Origin: a virus | IMG/VR virus record: IMGVR_UViG_3300047160_009474 | Coordinates: 1-53,362 of that record | Length of the DNA: 53,362 nt | Reading direction: 5' to 3' (one strand) | Shown here: positions 6,361 through 13,688 of the stretch, piece after piece | Layout: every line of letters begins with the position of its first letter | Position numbering within the stretch: position 1 is the first letter of the stretch | Translations under genes and position numbers: made by a program | Notes under the pieces: model-generated | Databases searched by the model: none | Seen by the model: only the letters and a program-made list of their open reading frames with translations | What the model was told of the DNA's origin: nothing

Positions 6361-6407
6361 CACGTTGAGCCCTTCTCAGGCTGGGGGGAGGGTTCACCGT
6401 GGCGCAG
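6361..6407 (+). repeat. Early intergenic hairpin element copy 3 (compensatory changes keep the stem)
   Basis: CACGTTGAGCCCT (6361-6373) pairs with AGGGTTCACCGTG (6389-6401). It lies just after the stop at 6352. Confidence 0.75.
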
Positions 6408-6512
6408 GCATTTTAACGCAGGTGACACATCATCATGCGGATGAAAAACAGAATAACCACAAACAACATCGATCGAGGCATCAAAACTGCCTACGGGGCG
6501 ATCGGGGGAAAG

Positions 6513-6521
6513 GTGACGCAG
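6513..6521 (+). promoter_or_regulatory. GTGACGCAG box overlapping a candidate GTG start
   Basis: ggaaagGTGACGCAGTGgca. Confidence 0.4.
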
Positions 6522-6703
6522 TGGCACAAGAGACAAAATACAAAGTATGGATTCATGTGACTAAAACCGATGCCTTTGATCCTGAGGATTCGACCGATAT
6601 CGCGGCAATGGATGAAGTAGCCTCGTTTCAAAGCGAAGACGAGGCCTTTCGATTTGTCGAGCGGCTAAAGTCGTTTCTGCCGATCATCGACCAGTCGGAA
6701 TAA
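6521..6703 (+). CDS. Small acidic hypothetical protein (~60 aa; start uncertain)
   Basis: In frame with track ORF 6365..6703, whose TTG start would run through the hairpin repeat. The GTG at 6521 abuts the box. The C-terminal part, VWIHVTKTDAFDPEDSTDIAAMDEV..., looks protein-like. Confidence 0.4.
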   Translation: MAQETKYKVWIHVTKTDAFDPEDSTDIAAMDEVASFQSEDEAFRFVERLKSFLPIIDQSE

Positions 6704-6717
6704 AGCAAAGATTCCAG

Positions 6718-6747
6718 TTGCAGGTTGTGCCACAACGAGCCTACTTT
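6718..6747 (+). promoter_or_regulatory. Sigma70-like promoter TTGCAG-18-TACTTT with perfect palindromic operator GTTGTGCCACAAC
   Basis: Operator at 6724-6736 abuts the -35. It lies upstream of the coupled gene set 6882-7805. Confidence 0.5.
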
Positions 6748-6881
6748 AGGACGTTTGTGACACAGGGACACATAGAGATAGACTTTTGTCCTGCTCCCAG
6801 GGAGCCGTGGGTTGCGCCCCGGTCTTTCAGGCTTTGCGGCCTGACTGCGTCACCCCCTGGGGGTAGGGCATTTTCGCATTT

Positions 6882-7049
6882 ATGAAAGCACCACAACTAC
6901 TCACACCCTTCGAACTGGCAATGCTGGCCGCACCATTCATAACCAACCTCAACCTGACCACCGAGGAAGCCTTCCTCCGGGCTCAGGAGCTGTTCTATGC
7001 GGCGGCGGATTACCTTCGGGAAAATGAAATACACCCAGATCAAAAGTAA
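6882..7049 (+). CDS. Small ORF (55 aa), below the track threshold
   Basis: MKAPQLLTPFELAMLAAPFITNLNLTTEEAFLRAQELFYAAADYLRENEIHPDQK. Its stop overlaps the next ATG (TAATG). Confidence 0.5.
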   Translation: MKAPQLLTPFELAMLAAPFITNLNLTTEEAFLRAQELFYAAADYLRENEIHPDQK

Positions 7050-7309
7050 TGCACCCGCCGGTTGGAAGCATGATCACCATTTGGCCTGAGGGTTCTCCCG
7101 AGGCCGAGGCCACTGCCACGCTATTGCTTCTCTCGGACAATCAGTTGAGTGCGGCCTTCGCCTTTGAGCACCTGCCCCGGTGGTACAACTCCTTTCCCGG
7201 GACCTTTATCAGCCTGGGCGAGGTGATCATGTTGGTGATCCGCCAGGACAAGACCGACCCCTGGACGGATCTGCGCGACGGTAAACACTACACAGTTAAA
7301 GAATTATGA
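7049..7309 (+). CDS. Hypothetical protein (86 aa)
   Basis: ATG overlaps the upstream stop, and its own stop overlaps the next ATG (ATGA). Confidence 0.6.
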   Translation: MHPPVGSMITIWPEGSPEAEATATLLLLSDNQLSAAFAFEHLPRWYNSFPGTFISLGEVIMLVIRQDKTDPWTDLRDGKHYTVKEL

Positions 7310-7485
7310 AAAGCCACCGACAAAAGCCCACCGACCGCAGAATGGACGCAGCGATCAAGGTTAAACTTCCCCGGCCCTGGTACCAAGATCTGAAGTTCCT
7401 GGCTGCCTGCGACTACGAGACAATTTCAATGCAGGTCCGCAGGGCGATTCGCCTATACCTCGATACCCGCCGGATCCACAAATGA
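7306..7485 (+). CDS. Ribbon-helix-helix (CopG/Arc-like) small DNA-binding protein (59 aa), below the track threshold
   Basis: AAIKVKLPRPWYQDLKFLAACDYETISMQVRRAIRLYL fits a beta-strand plus two helices pattern. ATGA overlaps on both sides. Confidence 0.55.
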   Translation: MKSHRQKPTDRRMDAAIKVKLPRPWYQDLKFLAACDYETISMQVRRAIRLYLDTRRIHK

Positions 7486-7805
7486 AAAAGTTTGGCCGAT
7501 ATATCCTGGTCGATGGCAAGCCGGTGCCTGAGCTGGACCTGATCAGGTGGGCCGAGTGGTTTGGTAAAACCTCCAATCGCGCTGTGGCCAGCACCCAGGT
7601 GGGTAAATCCAACATCGATACCTGCTTTCTGGGGATCGACCACAATTTCCACGTTAATGGACCCCCCATCCTCTGGGAGACACTCGTCTTTGGCGGACCA
7701 CTCCAGGGCACCATGGACCGTTGCGCCGGGTCCCGGGAACAGGCCGAGGCCATGCATGCCAGCATGGTTGAACGGGTCAAGCAGGCAAAAAAGATTTGTC
7801 CCTAA
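7482..7805 (+). CDS. Hypothetical protein (107 aa)
   Basis: ATGA-coupled to the RHH gene. Motif FLGIDHNFHVNGPPILWETLVFGG. Confidence 0.65.
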   Translation: MKKFGRYILVDGKPVPELDLIRWAEWFGKTSNRAVASTQVGKSNIDTCFLGIDHNFHVNGPPILWETLVFGGPLQGTMDRCAGSREQAEAMHASMVERVKQAKKICP

Positions 7806-7845
7806 CCGTCCGTAACCAACAACACAAAAAAAGAAAGGTCTGAAA

Positions 7846-8064
7846 ATGAACGATACACCAGCAACAAAACAACCCGACCAACGCATTCGCGCTTTGGTTT
7901 GGATGATCCTGTGCATGCTCGCCTATCTGGCCGTGATCACCGCCACTTACTTCTTATTCTTCCAGAGGGGTGACTGGCGCAGTGGGGTCGGAGTCTTTGG
8001 GGGCCTGTGCGTGATCACGTACCTACTGGCGATAGTTGCGCTCTTCAAACCTCACCGCCAATAA
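7846..8064 (+). CDS. Small membrane protein with two hydrophobic helices (72 aa)
   Basis: Hydrophobic stretches LVWMILCMLAYLAVITATYFLFF and VGVFGGLCVITYLLAIVALF. Confidence 0.65.
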   Translation: MNDTPATKQPDQRIRALVWMILCMLAYLAVITATYFLFFQRGDWRSGVGVFGGLCVITYLLAIVALFKPHRQ

Positions 8065-8088
8065 CCTCCTAACCGAGCTAACCCTATT

Positions 8089-8910
8089 ATGAAGAACAAA
8101 TTCTGTGCTGGCCAGTTTGGCGTTTCGATCCTGCTGGCTTCAATCTTTGCGACTCTCACCCCCATGCAGGCCGGTGCCGACAGTGGCGTGACAGTCAAAG
8201 TGCAAACTCTCACCGTCTATGTGCCTGCACCACCAGCTGGCCAACCGTGGCAACTGCCTGCCTCCATCCCGGAGAAGCTGCGAGGCAAAGTTCTGGAGCT
8301 CATCGGAATCACTCCCCCAGGCGTTCCCATAGTCATCGCGCCGGAAGGAACCTCACCCACCCTCATTCAACAGGCCAAAACCGCCGCCATAAAGCAGTCC
8401 ATTGTCACGCAGGGAGCCGGGCCTGCCGGGCCAACTCCACAGTCCTGCCTGGCCTGTGTTCTGGTCATCATCCTGGTCGTTGTCTGCGGAGTGGCCATCT
8501 ACGTGGTTTGGAAATGCGCTAAAAAGATAGACAAGGTCAACACCAACACCGGTCCAGGCGACCCGGCCATTCTGCGCCAGCTTCCACCGGCTCAACCCTC
8601 GGCCTTCCCCCCAACCTTAAGCGGTGACGACTCCAACTCGACCAATGCCTTCTGCACCATCGAAGGGACTACCGACCTCTCCGCTCCCAACTGGGCACCG
8701 ATGTTCACGCTGGTGTGTGTCACCAATGCTGACGGGATCCCCAGCGTTTATGCCATGAACCCGAGCAATATTCTGGTCGGTGCCTCATCGGTAATAACCA
8801 ACTCGGCCAACCCGGCTGAACTGGATACCACCACTCCGCTCAACCTGCCCTATCCAGGTCCAGGCCCAACACCACCCAACCTCTTCTTTCGGATGAACCT
8901 GCACAACTAA
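8089..8910 (+). CDS. Signal-peptide-bearing, membrane-anchored surface protein (273 aa); candidate lysogenic-conversion or exclusion gene
   Basis: N-terminal VSILLASIFATLTPMQAGA, a central helix CLACVLVIILVVVCGVAIYVVW, a Pro-rich linker, and a position next to the integrase. Confidence 0.65.
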   Translation: MKNKFCAGQFGVSILLASIFATLTPMQAGADSGVTVKVQTLTVYVPAPPAGQPWQLPASIPEKLRGKVLELIGITPPGVPIVIAPEGTSPTLIQQAKTAAIKQSIVTQGAGPAGPTPQSCLACVLVIILVVVCGVAIYVVWKCAKKIDKVNTNTGPGDPAILRQLPPAQPSAFPPTLSGDDSNSTNAFCTIEGTTDLSAPNWAPMFTLVCVTNADGIPSVYAMNPSNILVGASSVITNSANPAELDTTTPLNLPYPGPGPTPPNLFFRMNLHN

Positions 8911-8932
8911 AAGCAATCTCTTCTAAAAAGGG

Positions 8933-8975
8933 ACACCCCCTGGCTGATAAAGGCCAAGGGGTGTTTCTGTTTTTA
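8933..8975. terminator. Bidirectional intrinsic terminator between convergent genes
   Basis: ACACCCCCTGGC (8933-8944) pairs with GCCAAGGGGTGT (8953-8964) with one mismatch. A T-run follows at 8964-8975 and an A-run precedes at 8925-8930. Confidence 0.7.
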
Positions 8976-8987
8976 CTGCTGCCCTAC

Positions 8988-10199
8988 TCAGTCCTTCAGG
9001 ACAGCTTCGGGGGTTAACGCCCAGAACTTGGCAGCCTCCTCCGGTTTAACCAGTTTGCGGTAGTGGGAGAAGAGAATCCCCCAGTCGCCATGCCCCATTG
9101 CGGCCATGGTCTTGTCCACCCCGTGAATCGGCAGGAAGTTGGAGGCAAACGTGTGCCGCAGGACATCCTTGCCCCAACCATTCCAGAGGATTTTCTTGTA
9201 GTAATGGTGCTTGGTCGGATCCTTCTTGCGGGTCTTCTTGCCTTTGACGTTGGTTAACGTGATGAGCCCGGCTGCGGCCCGGACATCCCGGAACCGTTCG
9301 GCATGATTCTTGGGGTTGTACTCACCACCTGGGACCGCCAACCATGCCTTGAGTGTGTCATGGATTGGGACATAGCGTAACTGCTTGTCCTTGGCATGCG
9401 AGGCGGGGACTTCCAGCATGTCCCCCTGGATATGCACCTTGCTCAATTTGCGGGCTTCCCGTATCGGTCGGCACCCGGCAAACATCCCGCAAGCGATGAA
9501 GGGAATCAGGCCAGGATCGGTCTTCAAGGCGGCTCTCAGGAGTGCCCTGCATTGCTCCACAGTTAAGATATGAGGGGCTTTGTCGAACCCGGGCATCCTT
9601 TTCTTCGGAATCATCTTAAAAGCGTCCGTTGGCAGTTCTGTGACATACTTGTGTTTCTTGCAGTAACCAAAAAAGTTCTTCAAGGCGCACAGGTTGGCAT
9701 TCTTGTTCTGGGGGTGCATATCCTGCTGGGTAAACCACTGCCTGAGCATGTCAATGGTCACCAGGGCGACCTCCAGTTGCTCCCGGCCCCGGATGAACTT
9801 GTTAAGCTGGCACCGGTAAAACTTGAGCGTGTCCTTGGACAGACCGTCCGCCTTTTTATCGACCATGTATTCGTTAAAGGCATCCTCCAGGGTCCGCCGG
9901 GCCAGGGGTTTATTGGCAATGTTCTGGAAGGCCTGCCACACGGTGCGGAGCGCAATTCCCTTGCGGCTAATCTCCTCCAAGATCGTGAGCGTATCTAATC
10001 TGACTGCCGGGTTCATCTGGGTCCAAAACTCCGACTCCCCGTTCAGGGCCAGGACCGATTCCTGCTCGGCTTTGGCAGCCTCATACCCATCGAAGAACTT
10101 GCGCTGCCGTTTCTTCTCACCGTTCTCATCGGGCGTGAACCAGGACACCATGTATTGCTCTTTGTCCCGGACTTTTACTTTGTTGATCGTCACTTTCAT
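8988..10199 (-). CDS. int: Tyrosine recombinase (phage integrase), 403 aa
   Basis: C-terminal catalytic pattern ...LRHTFASNFL...GHGDWGILFSHYRK (R, HxxR, H, Y). N-terminal SAM-like or arm-binding region. Confidence 0.85.
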   Translation of the reverse strand: MKVTINKVKVRDKEQYMVSWFTPDENGEKKRQRKFFDGYEAAKAEQESVLALNGESEFWTQMNPAVRLDTLTILEEISRKGIALRTVWQAFQNIANKPLARRTLEDAFNEYMVDKKADGLSKDTLKFYRCQLNKFIRGREQLEVALVTIDMLRQWFTQQDMHPQNKNANLCALKNFFGYCKKHKYVTELPTDAFKMIPKKRMPGFDKAPHILTVEQCRALLRAALKTDPGLIPFIACGMFAGCRPIREARKLSKVHIQGDMLEVPASHAKDKQLRYVPIHDTLKAWLAVPGGEYNPKNHAERFRDVRAAAGLITLTNVKGKKTRKKDPTKHHYYKKILWNGWGKDVLRHTFASNFLPIHGVDKTMAAMGHGDWGILFSHYRKLVKPEEAAKFWALTPEAVLKD

Positions 10200-10432
10200 T
10201 TTTTAACCTTTCGTTTGATGTTGTTACTAACAGTTACAGTATGTGGCAGCAAAGTGACAACGGCAAGCAAAAGTTTGAGTTGGTCTGCAGCCGTTTCTAC
10301 GCAGTCGCGAATTCATGCACACGCTGGTACCATTGATTAAAAGCATGATCGCCTTTGTTTATGCGGGTGAAATCAATTTTCCGTAAGGTGCGATTCGATT
10401 TAATTTCCGGGATTGTCAGTTTCCTCAGGAAA

Positions 10433-10741
10433 TCACCGATTTTTCCCAGCATTGCCACTTTTGTTGACAGAATCGGCCCGGTAGAACCTAAAAACGAAGT
10501 ATCCAGGGACTGCGGCGAAGACCAAAAAGACCACCCCGCTGTAGCGGCGAGACTCGCGCCATTTTGCCTCAGGAACGTACTCGCCGCTCCAGCCGTCCAT
10601 CACCCCGCCATCGACCCTTGCGGCCTCCCCGCCAGTGCCCCACCACTCGACCCCGGCAGGGGTAAAACCGACCGAGAGAAAGTAACCAGCCAGGAGCAAA
10701 AGTCCGACCGTAACAACCATTAGTTTGGCTTTATCACTCAT
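10433..10741 (-). CDS. Membrane protein (102 aa) in the lysogeny region
   Basis: Hydrophobic stretches LMVVTVGLLLLAGYFLSVGF and VVFLVFAAVPGYFVFRF. Confidence 0.55.
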   Translation of the reverse strand: MSDKAKLMVVTVGLLLLAGYFLSVGFTPAGVEWWGTGGEAARVDGGVMDGWSGEYVPEAKWRESRRYSGVVFLVFAAVPGYFVFRFYRADSVNKSGNAGKNR

Positions 10742-10917
10742 GTGACCCTAAGTTCGGATTGTACTAAGGTGTAATAGGATCACTACGGAACAGGGATGCA
10801 ATAACCCTTTACACATAATCACTTGGTGTTACAGTCCTGTCGCGGGTATCCCTGTTGGAGAATCGACCATGAATATACCAAAAAACTATAGGTCCATGCC
10901 TGATGAACAGCTCAAGC

Positions 10918-11262
10918 TCATCTCTGCCGGGTTGCGGCAACGAGCTCGCGAGGTAGATGAATACGTCCGGTGCCGCCAGAAGCACCAGCACCGGCAATTA
11001 CCACCGCCGCCTCGCCACGTTCAGCCTGCTCAATGGCCGCATCGACTTCTTCTAAATTGATGCCGTGATTGTGCAGGTACTCGACCAGGGCATCCCGGGC
11101 CATCTGGCTCTCGGTGCTCTCCCTGATCACTGCCAAGGCAGCCCATCGCATCTTGAACTTCTCACCGACCCGGATGCGGATAAATTCGTCCTTAACTGCC
11201 TTTTTGAAGAATTTGCTGGAGAGTTTCTTCTGATTTTTCCGCGTTTTCATTGGTTTTTTCAT
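10918..11262 (-). CDS. Ribbon-helix-helix regulator (114 aa), candidate lysogeny repressor
   Basis: Trimmed to MKKPMKTRKNQKK.... RHH core FIRIRVGEKFKMRWAALAVIRESTESQMARDALVEYL. It is divergent from a second RHH gene. Confidence 0.6.
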   Translation of the reverse strand: MKKPMKTRKNQKKLSSKFFKKAVKDEFIRIRVGEKFKMRWAALAVIRESTESQMARDALVEYLHNHGINLEEVDAAIEQAERGEAAVVIAGAGASGGTGRIHLPRELVAATRQR

Positions 11263-11431
11263 CGTTGTTTGGTCGTTGTCGCCTGTCGGTGGATAAAAAG
11301 CTTGCACTTCTCTGTTTTGTACCACGTTTGGCCCACAAGTCAATCCGAATCACCAATGAAATCAGGGTAAGTGGCTGGTGAATAAGTACTTTTTGATTTT
11401 ATTTAAAAAACGTGCCACTCTAGTTGCACCT

Positions 11432-11614
11432 ATGGCGTACGAAGTTTTAAACGAAACCATTCGGACCAGGGTGTCGCAAAGAATGCGGCAGGCAGTGGAG
11501 GATCTGGCTAACCATCAAGGGATCAAGGTCTCTCGGCTGTGCCGACTGGCTTTCCATGAATATGTCCAGAAGAACACCCGCAAGGGCGGCAAGATAAAGG
11601 AGGTCGTCTGGTGA
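11432..11614 (+). CDS. Ribbon-helix-helix regulator (60 aa), candidate Cro-like antagonist
   Basis: MAYEVLNETIRTRVSQRMRQAVEDLANHQGIKVSRLCRLAFHEYV. It heads the plus-strand middle operon. Confidence 0.6.
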   Translation: MAYEVLNETIRTRVSQRMRQAVEDLANHQGIKVSRLCRLAFHEYVQKNTRKGGKIKEVVW

Positions 11615-11889
11615 GCCCCCCTGCCCCATTCCTGCAATCCTGGCTCAACCTGACCGAGGCTGCGGCCTGGATGCGGATAGCACCCCGCAAACTGGCGGCA
11701 TTATCCAAACACAGGGGCTCCCGGATACCTGCCGTCTGGTTTAACCGTCAGACTTGCATTTTCAACCCGGCAACCATCATCGCCAAACTGGCCGGTGAGC
11801 GCAATGTCGACCCGGAAATGATCCGGGCCATCCTCAACCAGGAACCAAATGGCAAGGACCATGAAGAACATCTACCCCTACAAACCTGA
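11611..11889 (+). CDS. Helix-turn-helix protein, excisionase/AlpA-like (92 aa)
   Basis: GTG start overlaps the upstream stop (GTGA). The WLNLTEAAAWMRIAPRKLAALSK motif is typical of Xis-type HTH. Confidence 0.5.
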   Translation: MSPPAPFLQSWLNLTEAAAWMRIAPRKLAALSKHRGSRIPAVWFNRQTCIFNPATIIAKLAGERNVDPEMIRAILNQEPNGKDHEEHLPLQT

Positions 11890-12169
11890 TGAAGCCGGGG
11901 AAGAGTTGCTGGCCTGGGCCAGGAATAACGACCCCCAGACTTCGCACGATGCGGCCCGGCGAATCACCCCGAAGGTCAATAAGCTGGAAGCCGAGACCGT
12001 CAAAGTCCTGAAGGAAAAACCAGAAGGCCTAACCACCCAGGAGATTTCGGATGCCACCGGCATCGAATATCGTTCGATAACCCCGCGCATGCAGCCCTTG
12101 GTCCGCAAGGGACTGGTGTTTAATTCGGGAGCCCGCCGGGATGGGCGCATCGTCTGGAAACCAGTATGA
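11849..12169 (+). CDS. Winged-helix (MarR-like) DNA-binding protein (106 aa)
   Basis: LTTQEISDATGIEYRSITPRMQPLVRKGLV... fits a wHTH pattern. It overlaps the upstream gene by 41 nt, so the start is uncertain. Confidence 0.55.
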   Translation: MARTMKNIYPYKPDEAGEELLAWARNNDPQTSHDAARRITPKVNKLEAETVKVLKEKPEGLTTQEISDATGIEYRSITPRMQPLVRKGLVFNSGARRDGRIVWKPV

Positions 12170-12693
12170 AAAACGCCGACATGCCGATGATGACTGCCGC
12201 TAGCTACGGCACATCGACTGACATTACCTGGTCGGAAAACACCACTGGCGCAACCGGGTGGGGACCTGCCGGGCCGCAGGGTTCACCTGGGCCACTCGCA
12301 CAGGAATTTCAACGATTGGCGCAGCAGTCGCACATCGATTACCGCTCGCCCCAGCGGGAACGCAGAATAGTTCAAACCGAAACATCAATCGAAAGTGAAA
12401 CACACATGTCATCACCCAACCGCAGAATTGTTCAAGTCTTCATCGCCGACCCCAATGAAAATGTCCCGCTGGAAGAGTCGGTGCTTTTCAAGGGCGACCA
12501 GAAGCTCACCGATGCCACCGACACTGAGCTCTTCTTTGAAGTGCCCATCGCCGACATCCTTAAAACCCACAACGAGAAACGAGTGAAGCTCCTGGATAAG
12601 GATGCCACTAAGAAAGCCGGGAAGGATGTCCTCCTGGACCCGGTAAAGATCCGCGAATTGAAAATGGTCGTCGTCACCATTGCCTCGTTCTAG
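12166..12693 (+). CDS. Hypothetical protein (175 aa)
   Basis: ATGA-coupled. The C-terminal half, RRIVQVFIADPNENVPLEESVLFKGDQKLTD..., looks globular. Confidence 0.6.
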   Translation: MKNADMPMMTAASYGTSTDITWSENTTGATGWGPAGPQGSPGPLAQEFQRLAQQSHIDYRSPQRERRIVQTETSIESETHMSSPNRRIVQVFIADPNENVPLEESVLFKGDQKLTDATDTELFFEVPIADILKTHNEKRVKLLDKDATKKAGKDVLLDPVKIRELKMVVVTIASF

Positions 12694-13157
12694 TGAACCG
12701 GAAACAGAAAATCTTCACCACTGAGAAGCAGGTCCTGGATGCGATCGAGGCCAACCTGAGCAAAGCCCAAACCAAATGGCAGGAGAGTTTCAAACACTGC
12801 GAGATATCCAGGGAGAAGTTCCTGCAGGCCGGTCAGTTCGAAGATGCTGCTTCCCTGAGCACCGGCTGGGTTCCCTGCCCCCAGTGCGGCGGCAAATCCA
12901 AGGGCAAGGTCAACACCGAGGACTTCTGTGTGGTCTGCCGGGGGATGGGCAAGGTCAATCGCGAGGCCCTGCTCTCTTATGCCGCCGGGATCCGCGAGCA
13001 GGCCAAATGGCACCGGGGCGAGGCCGACCGGCAGGCCCGTGGGGCAAAGCGATTGATCGACAAGAAAGGACCGGTCTTAAAGCAGGCCCTGGCCGAAATG
13101 CGAACCCCCAGTTTCGACTTTGCGCCTCAACTGCCGGTCGTCATGAAACCCGTATGA
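12693..13157 (+). CDS. Protein with a DnaJ-type CxxCxGxG zinc-finger pair (154 aa)
   Basis: CPQCGGKSKG...CVVCRGMGKV. GTG start overlaps the upstream TAG by 1 nt. Confidence 0.55.
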   Translation: MNRKQKIFTTEKQVLDAIEANLSKAQTKWQESFKHCEISREKFLQAGQFEDAASLSTGWVPCPQCGGKSKGKVNTEDFCVVCRGMGKVNREALLSYAAGIREQAKWHRGEADRQARGAKRLIDKKGPVLKQALAEMRTPSFDFAPQLPVVMKPV

Positions 13158-13429
13158 GAAAAGTCTGCAGAATGTGCGGTGAACAAAAGGACCCGTCACT
13201 TTTCACGGGACCCAATCCCAACATCTGCCTGCCCTGCGAGTGGTCGATTTACGAAGGGGAGGAAGCCAGGGACGATTCAAATGCATTTTCGGGGCCGCAG
13301 TGCCTGGCTCCCGCCGGGCAGAGCTCTCACCTCCCCGTAGGGCTCGGGTTTACTGACCTGCGGTCCCTCTCTTTTGGAACCGAAAACGCTACGGACGGTT
13401 CCGTTAGCCAGCGACGAAAGGGAGATTAA
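13154..13429 (+). CDS. Small zinc-ribbon-like protein (91 aa; the C-terminal half is suspicious)
   Basis: ATGA-coupled ATG at 13154. MRKVCRMCGEQ...ICLPCEW. The rest of track ORF 12776..13429 is an overlapping-frame artefact. Confidence 0.45.
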   Translation: MRKVCRMCGEQKDPSLFTGPNPNICLPCEWSIYEGEEARDDSNAFSGPQCLAPAGQSSHLPVGLGFTDLRSLSFGTENATDGSVSQRRKGD

Positions 13430-13481
13430 CGGACGCAACTAGCAACCCCTGGTCCGGGTCGCTGGCACCATTTAAAAGCCT

Positions 13482-13688
13482 ATGGATCTAATGACAGAAG
13501 TTATCGAGAGCCGGGTACGCAATCGCATCCTCCATTTCCTGCTCATGCGAAACGAGCAACTGCTGCAGGAAGCCAAGAAGTCGACCGGCGAGAACATTCA
13601 GGAACTCAAGATTCGGGCCGATGAGCTCACCAAGCTCAAGGCATTACTGGACTATGACCAGAAAGAAACAATCGAGGTGCAAGCATGA
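13482..13688 (+). CDS. Small coiled-coil protein (68 aa)
   Basis: Heptad-like charged sequence. Its stop overlaps the next ATG. Confidence 0.55.
   Translation: MDLMTEVIESRVRNRILHFLLMRNEQLLQEAKKSTGENIQELKIRADELTKLKALLDYDQKETIEVQA

Noticed and set aside
10869-11060. Plus-strand ORF (63 aa, MNIPKNYRSMPDEQLKLISAGLRQRAREVDEY...) overlapping the 3' end of the RHH repressor gene.
   Set aside because: Most of it is antisense to a better-supported gene, and its C-terminal half is Pro/Gln/His-rich filler. It could still mark an antisense transcript.
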